Shown here piece by piece: positions 9,439-18,051 of a stretch of 43,444 bases of DNA. Location: positions 1-43,444 of IMG/VR virus record IMGVR_UViG_2851966386_000001. The stretch is one strand, 5' to 3'. The notes below the pieces were generated by a model that had not been told where the DNA came from, ran no database searches, and was given only the letters and a program-made list of their open reading frames with translations. A program made the position numbers and the translations under genes. The first letter of the stretch is position 1; each line of letters opens with the position of its first letter. Origin of the DNA: a virus. Its lineage: Duplodnaviria > Heunggongvirae > Uroviricota > Caudoviricetes.

Positions 9439-9927
9439 ATGAGTCTTTTGAATGACGTTCAGAAATTCATTGAAGCCCATCCGGGCTGTACTTCCGGAGA
9501 CATTGCGGATGCTTTTGCAGGTTACTCACGGCAGCGCGTTCTGCAGTCAGCAAGCAAGTTACGTCAGAGTGGGCGTGTGGCTCACCGTTGTGAAGGAGAT
9601 ACACACAGACATTTCCCGCGCCTGACTGAGAGAGCGCAGGATCCGGAACCACAACCAGTTCGTGAAACCAGACCTGTGCGCAATTTCTATGTCGGCACTA
9701 ACGACCCGCGGGTGATTTTGTGCCTGACCCGCCAGGCGGAAGAACTGGAGTCCAGGGGCTTATACCGTCGTGCTGCAACGGTGTGGATGGCGGCATTCCG
9801 TGAAAGCCACTCCCAGCCAGAGCGAAACAATTTTCTTGCGCGTCGTGAGCGGTGTTTACGGAAAAGCAGCAAGCGCGCTGTACCGGGTGATGAGTGGTAT
9901 CTGTCAGGGAATTACGTGGGGGCTTAA
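9439..9927 (+). CDS. Winged-helix protein with PerC-like C-terminal domain (PerC/Pch-family transcriptional activator-like)
   Basis: ATG at 9439 immediately after the initiator stop; the C-terminal LESRGLYRRAATVWMAAF...RRERC resembles the PerC family motif as recalled. Confidence 0.5.
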   Translation: MSLLNDVQKFIEAHPGCTSGDIADAFAGYSRQRVLQSASKLRQSGRVAHRCEGDTHRHFPRLTERAQDPEPQPVRETRPVRNFYVGTNDPRVILCLTRQAEELESRGLYRRAATVWMAAFRESHSQPERNNFLARRERCLRKSSKRAVPGDEWYLSGNYVGA

Positions 9928-10580
9928 TGAGTAATAAATATTGCCAGGCGCTGGTGGAACTGCGGAACAAACCAGCCCATGAACTGAAGGAAGTGGGCGA
10001 TCAGTGGCGCACGCCGGACAACATTTTCTGGGGAATTAACACCCTGTTTGGCCCGTTTGTTCTGGATCTGTTCACTGACGGTGATAACGCCAAATGTGCT
10101 GCGTATTACACGGCGGAAGACAACGCGCTGGCGCATGACTGGTCAGAACGCCTTGCGGAGCTTAAAGGTGCTGCCTTTGGTAATCCCCCATACAGCCGCG
10201 CCAGTCAGCATGAGGGGCAATACATCACAGGCATGCGTTACATCATGAAGCATGCCAGTGCCATGCGTGATAAAGGTGGGCGCAATGTTTTCCTGATCAA
10301 AGCTGCCACCAGCGAAGTGTGGTGGCCGGAAGATGCAGATCATATTGCTTTTATTCGCGGGCGTATCGGTTTTGAACTGCCTGCCTGGTTTATCCCGAAG
10401 GATGAGAAGCAGGTGCCGACAGGAGCTTTCTTCGCTGGTGCTATTGCTGTTTTCGACAAGACCTGGAAGGGACCGGCAATCAGCTACATCGGGCGCGATG
10501 AACTTGAGGCATGTGGTGAGGCCTTTCTGGCGCAGGTTCGCCAGCAGGCAGAAAAACTGGTCAGGGAGATGGTGGCATGA
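9927..10580 (+). CDS. Phage N6-adenine DNA methyltransferase (Dam-like, orphan)
   Basis: NPPY catalytic motif (GNPPYSR); start at ATG 9927 (MSNKYCQ) with a TAATG overlap with the upstream gene; no adjacent restriction gene. Confidence 0.75.
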   Translation: MSNKYCQALVELRNKPAHELKEVGDQWRTPDNIFWGINTLFGPFVLDLFTDGDNAKCAAYYTAEDNALAHDWSERLAELKGAAFGNPPYSRASQHEGQYITGMRYIMKHASAMRDKGGRNVFLIKAATSEVWWPEDADHIAFIRGRIGFELPAWFIPKDEKQVPTGAFFAGAIAVFDKTWKGPAISYIGRDELEACGEAFLAQVRQQAEKLVREMVA

Positions 10581-10903
10581 CGACGTTAACTCAATGTCAG
10601 CAGCAGGTGCTGGATATGCTGATTTCTTATCAGAAAGAACGTGGCTTCCCGCCAACCAATCAGGAGGTGGCAACCATGCTGGGATACCGTTCGGTGAATG
10701 CAGCGGTGGAGCATCTTCGCGCACTGGAGAAAAAAGGCGTCATCACGATAAAGCGTGGTGTGGCCCGGGGGATAACGCTTCATACCGCGGTCAAGGACGA
10801 CGACAGCGAGGCGGTCGGGATTATCCGCTCACTGCTTGCCGGTGAGGAAAACGCCAGGCTGCGTGCAGCCCACTGGTTACATGAGAGGGGTCTGAAAGTA
10901 TGA
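10577..10903 (+). CDS. LexA N-terminal DNA-binding-domain protein (no peptidase domain)
   Basis: MTTLTQCQQQVLDMLISYQKERGFPPTNQEVATMLGYRSVNAAVEHLRALEKKGVI matches the LexA winged-helix domain pattern; 108 aa only. Confidence 0.65.
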   Translation: MTTLTQCQQQVLDMLISYQKERGFPPTNQEVATMLGYRSVNAAVEHLRALEKKGVITIKRGVARGITLHTAVKDDDSEAVGIIRSLLAGEENARLRAAHWLHERGLKV

Positions 10904-11289
10904 AGCTGATCCTGCCTTTCCCGCCCAGCGTGAACACGTACTGGCGACACCCCAACAAAGGGGCGTTTGCAGGTAAGAGCCTGATAAGCGCGGCGGGGCG
11001 CAAATTCCAGAGCGCGGCGTGTGCAGCAATAGTTGAGCAGTTACGTCGTCTGCCAAAACCAACGTCGGCACCTGCTTCAGTGGAGATCGTGTTGTTTCCT
11101 CCGGATAACCGGATCCGCGATCTGGACAACTATAACAAGGCGCTGTTTGACACCCTGACCCACGCGGGTGTGTGGGAAGACGACAGCCAGGTGAAAAGAA
11201 TGCTGGTGGAGTGGGGACCGGTTATCCCGGAAGGGAAGGTCGAGATCACTATCAGTAAGTACGAGAAAACGGCGGGTGCAGCCGCCTGA
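10900..11289 (+). CDS. rusA: Holliday junction resolvase RusA
   Basis: PPSVNTYWRH...RDLDNYNKALFDTLTHAGVWEDDSQV matches RusA motifs, including the catalytic Asp cluster. Confidence 0.85.
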   Translation: MKLILPFPPSVNTYWRHPNKGAFAGKSLISAAGRKFQSAACAAIVEQLRRLPKPTSAPASVEIVLFPPDNRIRDLDNYNKALFDTLTHAGVWEDDSQVKRMLVEWGPVIPEGKVEITISKYEKTAGAAA

Positions 11290-11308
11290 TCAAGAGGAGA
11301 AACGAAAT

Positions 11309-12106
11309 ATGAATAATCTGATGGTCATTGATGGTATTGAAGTTCGTCGTGATGCTTATGGGCGTTACAGCCTGAACGATCTGCACAGGGCTGCCGGTTC
11401 TCTGGATAAGCATAAGCCTGCATTCTGGCTCCGCAATGAGCAAACTGAACGTTTAATAAGCGAGTTGCAGATTTGCAACTCGGTCAATATAGAGCCAGTT
11501 AACGTTATTCGTGGCGGAAATAACCAGGGGACGTATGTCTGCAAAGAACTGGTGTATGCCTATGCAATGTGGATCAGCCCGTCATTCCATCTGAAGGTGA
11601 TCCGTACTTTCGATATGGTAACCAGCACACCGGAAAAAATATCCGGGCAGGCTGCTGACAAGATGCAGGCTGGCGTGATCCTGCTGGACTTTATGCGCAG
11701 GGAATTAAACCTGTCTAACTCATCAGTGCTTGGAGCCTGTCAGAAGCTTCAGGAGGCTGTTGGCTTACCGAATCTGGCACCGCGCTATGCCATTGATGCT
11801 CCTGCTGACGCGCCTGATGGCTCAAGTCGCCCCACGCTGTCGCTGAGTGCACTGCTGAAACAGTATGGTATCCGCCTTACGGCTAATCAGGCATATCACC
11901 AGATGGTGAAGCTGGGGATCGTCGAGCAGCGCGAACGATACAGCCGTACCGCGATTAACAACATCAAAAAATTCTGGTCGCTGCCAGCGAAAGGCTGCAT
12001 GTTCGGCAAGAACATCACCAGTCCTGCAAATCCGCGCGAGACGCAGCCGCATTTCTTCGAATCCCGATTCCCTGAGCTGTTAAAGCTGCTCGATACCGTT
12101 CATTGA
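11309..12106 (+). CDS. KilA-N domain protein (antirepressor-like)
   Basis: Start at ATG 11309 with a GAGGAG RBS; N-terminal KilA-N-like region (MVIDGIEVRRDAYGRYSLNDLHRAAG...KPAFWLRNEQTERLI). Confidence 0.65.
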   Translation: MNNLMVIDGIEVRRDAYGRYSLNDLHRAAGSLDKHKPAFWLRNEQTERLISELQICNSVNIEPVNVIRGGNNQGTYVCKELVYAYAMWISPSFHLKVIRTFDMVTSTPEKISGQAADKMQAGVILLDFMRRELNLSNSSVLGACQKLQEAVGLPNLAPRYAIDAPADAPDGSSRPTLSLSALLKQYGIRLTANQAYHQMVKLGIVEQRERYSRTAINNIKKFWSLPAKGCMFGKNITSPANPRETQPHFFESRFPELLKLLDTVH

Positions 12107-12107
12107 G

Positions 12108-13103
12108 GTGACCGTGAGAGCACTACTGACCCCTGAAATTGCCCCGCGTATGGGGATCGTATTGTTCAGGCCAGGTTCAGAGCTGATGCCCCTGTTTATG
12201 CAGGGGCGTGTCCTGCTGGAGCCTGAGCCGGAACGTTATTCATCTTTCGCCAGTGGTGCCGTTCCGGCGGCATCACAACCGCTGGCGGATGATCCTGCCG
12301 TTCGGGCCGTGTTCCGCAATGAGGCAGTGATCCGTCGTGCTGGTGGCGTGGAATGTCTTGAAAGCTGGTTACTTCGTGAAAAGGGCTGTCAGTGGCCTCA
12401 TTCCGACTGGCACAGCGAGAACATGACCACAATGCGGCACGCTCCGGGCGCAATCCGTCTGTGCTGGCACTGTGATAACCAGCTGCGTGACCAGTTCACG
12501 GAACGGCTGGAATCAATGGCAACGGATAACTGTGCCCGCTGGGTGTTGTCTGTCGTGCGTCGGGATCTCGGTTTTGATGACAGTCACGTTGTGACAATGC
12601 CGGAACTGTGCTGGTGGCTGGTTCGTAATGACCTGGCGGATGCCTTGCCGGAAAGTGCAGCCCGTAAGGCACTGAGATTACCGAAGCCTGTTGTGCCGTC
12701 TGTCACCCGGGAAAGTGACCTTGTTCCTTCTGTTCCTGCCACCAGCATCATCCAGGATAAAGCGAAAAAGGTGCTGGCGCTGAAAGTGGATCCGGAGTCG
12801 CCGGAGTCTTTTATGTTACGCCCAAAACGTCGCCGCTGGGTTAATGAAAAGTACACGCGCTGGGTTAAGACACAACCGTGTGCATGTTGTGGAAAGCCCG
12901 CTGATGATCCCCACCACCTGATAGGTCACGGTCAGGGTGGAATGGGAACAAAAGCGCATGACCTTTTTGTGTTGCCTTTGTGCAGAAAGCATCACGACGA
13001 GCTGCATGCGGATACCGTGGCATTTGAAGAGAAGTATGGTTCCCAGCTGGAGCTGATATTTCGTTTTATCGATCGTGCGCTGGCAATTGGCGTGCTGGCC
13101 TGA
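12108..13103 (+). CDS. DUF968-like protein (YdfU-like), Cys/His-rich C-terminus
   Basis: GTG start directly after the upstream stop; C-terminal CxxC...HH...H cluster (CACCGKPADDPHHLIGHGQGG...CRKHHDELH); family assigned from memory. Confidence 0.5.
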   Translation: MTVRALLTPEIAPRMGIVLFRPGSELMPLFMQGRVLLEPEPERYSSFASGAVPAASQPLADDPAVRAVFRNEAVIRRAGGVECLESWLLREKGCQWPHSDWHSENMTTMRHAPGAIRLCWHCDNQLRDQFTERLESMATDNCARWVLSVVRRDLGFDDSHVVTMPELCWWLVRNDLADALPESAARKALRLPKPVVPSVTRESDLVPSVPATSIIQDKAKKVLALKVDPESPESFMLRPKRRRWVNEKYTRWVKTQPCACCGKPADDPHHLIGHGQGGMGTKAHDLFVLPLCRKHHDELHADTVAFEEKYGSQLELIFRFIDRALAIGVLA

Positions 13104-13121
13104 TTTTTGTGGGGTAAGTTG

Positions 13122-13466
13122 ATGCGTGATATGTATGAAGTATTGGACCGCTGGGGAGCATGGGCTGCAGCAGACAACAGTGGTGTGGACTGGCAGCCGG
13201 TAGCAGCAGGCTTCAAGGGGCTTTTACCTCATGGCAAAAAGTCACGGATTCAGTGTGATGATGACGAAGGCATTATGATAGACAGTTGTGTGGCTCGGTT
13301 GAGAAAGTATAAACCAGAGGAATATGAGCTCATCATAGCCCACTTTGTTATTGGTATCTCATTACGCACTATTGCCAAAAGGAGAAGGTGCTCTGATGGC
13401 ACTATTAGGAAGGAGTTGCAAACCGCAATCGGTTTTATAGAGGGGGTTGTAAGTATACTTGTGTAA
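13122..13466 (+). CDS. Putative late antiterminator (Q-like, small family)
   Basis: ATG at 13122 with a GGGGTAA RBS; last gene before the lysis module; C-terminal HTH-like segment. Assignment by position and recall of a small antiterminator-Q family, not verified. Confidence 0.45.
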   Translation: MRDMYEVLDRWGAWAAADNSGVDWQPVAAGFKGLLPHGKKSRIQCDDDEGIMIDSCVARLRKYKPEEYELIIAHFVIGISLRTIAKRRRCSDGTIRKELQTAIGFIEGVVSILV

Positions 13467-13476
13467 AATAATAAAA

Positions 13477-13491
13477 GGCGGTAGTACCGCC
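13477..13491 (-). terminator. Intrinsic terminator of the AT-rich minus-strand operon
   Basis: Perfect palindrome GGCGGTA-G-TACCGCC, followed on the minus strand by TTTTATTATTTT; sits between the Q-like stop and the stop of the last operon gene. Confidence 0.65.
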
Positions 13492-14106
13492 TTAATGATC
13501 GAATCGTTGTATGTTTTCATGGAATCTACAAAAGTGAATAGATATTTTGAATAGTAAAATGTAGAAACCAACTTGACTTAAAGTTATGGCTTTGCATTTA
13601 TCATTCAAGAGTTTTTGTAATTCTTCCGTTGGTAATTGGTATACATCATCAAGAAAAACGATGCATTCTTCTAAGTTGTCTGATTCAGGAAGATAAAAAA
13701 TATTAGTAATTAACTGCTTCCTTATAGCATCAATTTTGCTATCTATTGAAGTCTTAGAAACTCCGTTGGAGAGAAGAATAGCTTCGAACTTAGATAAACT
13801 TACTAACGGAGCAAAGACTGCACGCATTGGCACATCACGATTATTACTTGTATCTATATCGCAACTGTTGCTTAATATAATGCCTCGTGTTTTTTTAGTC
13901 CCTTTAATTGAATATACTGTAAGCTCCTTAAATATATCTCCCTGAAGTGCAGCATTTTTCAGATCATCATGATAATTGCTAAGGTAGTAGTTAGTGTTTT
14001 CAGGGAAATCTCTAAGTGCATTTATTAGCCCTTCTTTTTGATGAGCTGTTAAATAATATGGAATTTGATCTTTGAATTTCTCGATATCAAAAATGTTATT
14101 ACTCAT
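13492..14106 (-). CDS. Hypothetical protein C of AT-rich operon (204 aa), no recognisable domain
   Basis: ATG at 14106, 3 nt after the upstream stop; very AT-rich, Lys/Asn/Ile-rich composition; hydrophobic segment near the C-terminus. Confidence 0.6.
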   Translation of the reverse strand: MSNNIFDIEKFKDQIPYYLTAHQKEGLINALRDFPENTNYYLSNYHDDLKNAALQGDIFKELTVYSIKGTKKTRGIILSNSCDIDTSNNRDVPMRAVFAPLVSLSKFEAILLSNGVSKTSIDSKIDAIRKQLITNIFYLPESDNLEECIVFLDDVYQLPTEELQKLLNDKCKAITLSQVGFYILLFKISIHFCRFHENIQRFDH

Positions 14107-14109
14107 CAC

Positions 14110-14454
14110 TTAATCCAAGTATAAATCCCACAGTGAAGCATGAACGACTTTATTTATTTCACTGCCTAAAGACACCTGGTTTGTCGATAATTTTTCATAA
14201 AAGTTTGTCATCGAGACTGCAAGTCTTTGATCAACTGAGATTGTGCTCCCTGCTTTATATGTTTGTGTGATGGAATGAACTGAATCGGTAGTTGAAGACT
14301 TATACTCCAAAGCGTGATTTTTGACGATTAAACTTTGTTGAGGACCATGCTGTTGATTTTGGGCAATGTCTGTTAATGCAGTTATATGCAGACCATATAA
14401 AACCAAAGTTAATACTTGAAGTTGAGCTCGATAAACATGATGAGACGGATACAT
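14110..14454 (-). CDS. Hypothetical protein B of AT-rich operon (114 aa), possible N-terminal hydrophobic helix
   Basis: ATG at 14454 with a GGTGG RBS 7 nt upstream; hydrophobic stretch LQVLTLVLYGLHITAL. Confidence 0.55.
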   Translation of the reverse strand: MYPSHHVYRAQLQVLTLVLYGLHITALTDIAQNQQHGPQQSLIVKNHALEYKSSTTDSVHSITQTYKAGSTISVDQRLAVSMTNFYEKLSTNQVSLGSEINKVVHASLWDLYLD

Positions 14455-14469
14455 ATCATACCACCATTT

Positions 14470-15219
14470 CTATTTGTAGGATGGTTCTAGTTCTTGAATT
14501 GTTGACTCTTTAAGGCAACTAAAGAAAGCTAATTTATTACAGGAGTGAAGATCATCAAGAATTTTTTTTGGTTCGTTTTTAAACTTATCTATTTCATCAG
14601 TATTAGTGATTTGCCTAATGCTGTCTATGTCTAGGATTAGTCCTTTTTTATTAAATTCTCCATTATCTGACATGACTAAAGCATGAGATAATATTTGAAT
14701 TATATTTAGAAATGCGCCTTCATTTTTATCGATTCTGATATTGATCGGATAATTAGACATAGACTCGCCAGCCATATTTAAGCTGACGTTTAGCTTATCA
14801 AATAAATTAGAATCGTCTTCTTTTGGGAAAAAATCTACATACTTTAATGAGTAGCGGATGATGTTGTCATTTAAATTTAATTTGTTAAGCTCATTTAATA
14901 CATGAATGATTTTTTCTCTAAAATGACTCCACCCTTGATATTTGGTGCTGGTGGATACAACAACACCATGGTCACTTAGTCCAATATAGTACCCTTCGAT
15001 TTCGAGGCGACTGACAACTGCGTAATGTAATTGTTCATCTCCCTCACGAACATTTTTAGGTATTTGACTGGGTGGTAAACTAATTACTGGTTTTGTACAA
15101 CCTAGAGCGTGAAAAAGAAACCCTGGAACTATTTCCGATATTTGTGTTTCTTTAGAAAAACGCATTTCGAAAGCAGCTTCGATTACTGGTTGTTTTGATA
15201 GAGATGTTGGAATGAGCAT
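14470..15219 (-). CDS. Hypothetical protein A of AT-rich operon (249 aa); N-terminal PVIEAAFEMRF motif
   Basis: First gene of a three-gene minus-strand operon; no homologue I can name with confidence. The N-terminal motif resembles what I recall of the TIGR04255 family (unverified). Confidence 0.6.
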   Translation of the reverse strand: MLIPTSLSKQPVIEAAFEMRFSKETQISEIVPGFLFHALGCTKPVISLPPSQIPKNVREGDEQLHYAVVSRLEIEGYYIGLSDHGVVVSTSTKYQGWSHFREKIIHVLNELNKLNLNDNIIRYSLKYVDFFPKEDDSNLFDKLNVSLNMAGESMSNYPINIRIDKNEGAFLNIIQILSHALVMSDNGEFNKKGLILDIDSIRQITNTDEIDKFKNEPKKILDDLHSCNKLAFFSCLKESTIQELEPSYK

Positions 15220-15446
15220 TTAAAACCCATAGTATGTTTTATGAGCTGATTGGATTTTGAGCATAGCTACCGCACGAATCTTCGAGGAAGATCCAAACAT
15301 GTGCCTCATGTCGCATCATGCTCAAGGCGGCATAAATTTTGTTTACTGAGTATAAGATTAACAACCATTAACTTCCATCAAAAATGCTAACGCGTACGCA
15401 AAAACTATTGTATCGTGTTAAGAGTGGTCACTTCGCCACACAGCTT

Positions 15447-15479
15447 AAACCCGCCGTCGAGCGGGTTTGTCGTTTCTGG
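15447..15479 (+). terminator. Intrinsic terminator upstream of the lysis genes (tR-prime-like)
   Basis: Perfect 8-bp stem AAACCCGC-CGTCGA-GCGGGTTT followed by GTCGTTTCT, 140 bp upstream of the holin. Confidence 0.5.
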
Positions 15480-15619
15480 CCCCGGCTATTTGTTGAGCCT
15501 GGTCTATACCGCAGTTATCCATTGGCTCGGCCTCTTTTACGTTTCCGCTTCTGATTTGCGGTACATGATGTTCCCTCAATTTGCACCTCCTGTATTGGCG
15601 AGGTGAGAGATAACTACAA

Positions 15620-15946
15620 ATGCCTCATAACCCAAATACCTGGCTGGAGTTGGTCCAGAGCTGGTGGCGTGGAGACACACCGCTGGGCGCAGTGATTATG
15701 TCGATTGTTATGGCTGGTTTACGTATTGCCTATTTTGGCGGTGGTGGCGGCTGGAAGCGAAAAACACTCGAAATTCTACTCTGTGGCGCTCTGACGCTGA
15801 CTTTTGCATCCGCTCTTGAGTATGTCGGATGGCCTAAATCACTATCTGTTGCCATTGGTGGTGGGGTGGGGCTGATCGGTGTCGATGCTATTCGTGGGGC
15901 TGCAATGCGAGTAATCGGTAACAAATTTGGTGGCTCTAAGGAGTAA
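15620..15946 (+). CDS. Holin (three predicted TM segments)
   Basis: 108-aa protein with three hydrophobic segments and a charged C-terminus, immediately upstream of the endolysin. Confidence 0.75.
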   Translation: MPHNPNTWLELVQSWWRGDTPLGAVIMSIVMAGLRIAYFGGGGGWKRKTLEILLCGALTLTFASALEYVGWPKSLSVAIGGGVGLIGVDAIRGAAMRVIGNKFGGSKE

Positions 15947-15949
15947 TTT

Positions 15950-16426
15950 ATGCAGGTACTAAATTCCCAGCGTAAAGCTTTCCTCGATATGGTGGCTTGG
16001 TCAGAAGGAACGGATAACGGACGACAACCGACACGTAACCACGGTTATGACGTTATTGTTGGTGGTGAACTCTTCACTGATTACTCCGATCACCCTCGCA
16101 AACTTGTCACGCTAAACCCGAAACTCAAGTCAACAGCCGCCGGACGTTACCAGCTTCTTTCACGCTGGTGGGATGCTTACCGTAAACAGCTTGGCCTGAA
16201 AGATTTTTCTCCAGAAAGCCAGGACGTTGTAGCTCTGCAGCAGATTAAAGAGCGTGGCGCTTTACCGATGATTGACCGCGGTGATATTCGTCAGGCAATC
16301 GACCGTTGCAGCAATATCTGGGCTTCATTGCCCGGGGCTGGTTATGGCCAGTTCGAGCATAAGGCTGACAGCCTGATTGCAAAATTCAAAGAAGCTGGCG
16401 GAACAGTCAGAGAGATTGAGGTATGA
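15950..16426 (+). CDS. R: Endolysin, lambda R-type lytic transglycosylase
   Basis: AAGGAG RBS; near-identical to lambda R as recalled ([45 protein letters not shown]...). Confidence 0.95.
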   Translation: MQVLNSQRKAFLDMVAWSEGTDNGRQPTRNHGYDVIVGGELFTDYSDHPRKLVTLNPKLKSTAAGRYQLLSRWWDAYRKQLGLKDFSPESQDVVALQQIKERGALPMIDRGDIRQAIDRCSNIWASLPGAGYGQFEHKADSLIAKFKEAGGTVREIEV

Positions 16427-16860
16427 GCAGAGTAACCGCGATTATCTCCGCTCTGGTTATCTGCATCATCGTCTGCCTGTTATGGGCTGTTAATCATTAC
16501 CGTGATAACGCCATCGCCTACAAAGCCCAGCGCGACAAAGCCACATCCATCATCGCTGACATGCAGAAGCGTCAACGTGACGTAGCAGAACTCGACGCCA
16601 GATATACAAAGGAGCTTGCTGATGCTAACGCGACTATCGAAAGTCTCCGTGATGATGTTTCTGCTGGGCGTAAGCGGCTGCAAGTCGCCGCCTCATGTGC
16701 AAAGTCAAAGACCGGAGCCAGCAGCATGGGCGATGGAGAAAGCCCAAGACTTACAGCAGATGCTGAACTCAATTATTACCGTCTCCGAAGTGGAATCGAC
16801 AGGATAACCGCGCAGGTTAACTACCTGCAGGAGTACATCAGGACGCAATGCCTTCGATGA
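16423..16860 (+). CDS. Rz: i-spanin Rz
   Basis: N-terminal TM segment plus coiled-coil; ATGA overlap with R; the Rz1 gene is embedded in it. Confidence 0.85.
   Translation: MSRVTAIISALVICIIVCLLWAVNHYRDNAIAYKAQRDKATSIIADMQKRQRDVAELDARYTKELADANATIESLRDDVSAGRKRLQVAASCAKSKTGASSMGDGESPRLTADAELNYYRLRSGIDRITAQVNYLQEYIRTQCLR
16622..16807 (+). CDS. Rz1: o-spanin Rz1 (lipoprotein, embedded in Rz in the +1 frame)
   Basis: ATG at 16622 with an AGGAG RBS; signal peptide with lipobox LLGVSGC; Pro-rich mature part, as in lambda Rz1. Confidence 0.8.
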   Translation: MLTRLSKVSVMMFLLGVSGCKSPPHVQSQRPEPAAWAMEKAQDLQQMLNSIITVSEVESTG

Positions 16861-17350
16861 TAGCGATAATTTTACTCATCATCCTTCACATCTGGCTCTG
16901 TAGACAGGGTGGTGCTCACTTCTGGAGTGAATCCAGATTAAACATCTCATTGCTGATGCTTGATATTGAGCATTTTGCGCGCGGTAAGGGGCTGCGTTGA
17001 GATAAGAGCCAGTCATTACAAATACCAGGATTTAGCCTCGCATTCGCGGGGCTTTTTATTGCCATTACAAAAGCACTTCCTACAGAGTGGCTTTGATAAT
17101 GGCTTATACCCTACACGGGATAACTTAACTGATATCCCTTTTAAAGGATAAAGGTATTCAAGCCTGACACATCATGCGCTGTATCGTCGCCGTATTCCCG
17201 TATTAACAGAGACCGTAGCCCGACGGGGAACTCCTTCTGCGCGAGTGTGCGGGAATAATCAAAAACGATGCACACCGGGGTTACCGGGTACACATATTTC
17301 ATCATGCCAGCGAGTCCGGTTCTGGCGCGGAAGAAACCGGACGTTATGAT

Positions 17351-17761
17351 TTAGTGCGGAAATATTTGTGTAGTGTTCTGAATGTTCTCAGTAAAGAGTA
17401 ATGAATTATCAAAGGTATAGTAATACCTTTTGTTTTCGTGGATATTTGTAATCCATCTGAAAACCCCTGCTGTAGCAAGATTTTTCCTGTATTCGTAAAA
17501 TGATAACTCTCCTGATTTGAATCCTTTTAATGTGGCTTCTATAAGGCATTTATTTTTTGAAAATCTTACATTTACAACCTTACCCTGTCCTTTTATTAAA
17601 ACCGTATTATCGTTTTCAAGAACAAGATGAATATTCTCTGTGGCTAAATAGTAAATGTAATGTGAGACATTGTGACGTTTTAGTTCAGAATAAAACCAGT
17701 GATAGTTTAAATTATTTCGCACTTTATCGAATATTTGTTTAAAAATGGCAACCTGAGCCAT
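17351..17761 (-). CDS. DUF1398-like protein (YbcV-like, 136 aa)
   Basis: Start chosen at ATG 17761 (MAQVAIF...) with a GGAAGG RBS; length and position (between the lysis genes and cos) match DLP12 ybcV, by recall. Confidence 0.5.
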   Translation of the reverse strand: MAQVAIFKQIFDKVRNNLNYHWFYSELKRHNVSHYIYYLATENIHLVLENDNTVLIKGQGKVVNVRFSKNKCLIEATLKGFKSGELSFYEYRKNLATAGVFRWITNIHENKRYYYTFDNSLLFTENIQNTTQIFPH

Positions 17762-17817
17762 TGTAGTACCTTCCATGTGATATGAGGGGCGTAGTCTGCA
17801 CGATTATCTAAATTGCT

Positions 17818-18051
17818 TCAATCTGGTCTGATCTGTTTTCTGAGCAATTCAGTAATGTCACTCTTTTCTTTGTTTGCTTCAGGAGAAACTCTTTTTTCTG
17901 AGCACAGTCTCCGGCGGCAGGCTTCAATGACCCAGGCTGAGAAATTCCCGGACCCTTTTTGATCAAGAGCGATGTTAATTTGTTCAATCATTTGGTTAGG
18001 AAAGCGGATGTTGCGGGTTGTTGTTCTGCGGGTTCTGTTCTTCGTTGACAT
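17818..18051 (-). CDS. Small basic DNA-binding protein, ribbon-helix-helix-like (YlcI/DUF3950-like)
   Basis: Arg-rich N-terminus followed by NIRFPNQMIEQINIALDQ, a pattern typical of RHH proteins. Confidence 0.45.
   Translation of the reverse strand: MSTKNRTRRTTTRNIRFPNQMIEQINIALDQKGSGNFSAWVIEACRRRLCSEKRVSPEANKEKSDITELLRKQIRPD

Noticed and set aside
13492-15219. Shiga toxin or other known toxin genes at the Q-to-S moron position
   Set aside because: The three proteins show no resemblance to StxA/StxB (no signal peptides, wrong sizes and orientation), and the genes are on the opposite strand to late transcription.
15415-15606. ORF 15415..15606 (63 aa) upstream of the holin
   Set aside because: It spans the terminator hairpin in the regulatory region and has a non-protein-like translation; no RBS.
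16860-17350. bor lipoprotein gene expected downstream of Rz in lambda
   Set aside because: No ORF with a lipoprotein signal or Bor-like sequence is present on either strand.
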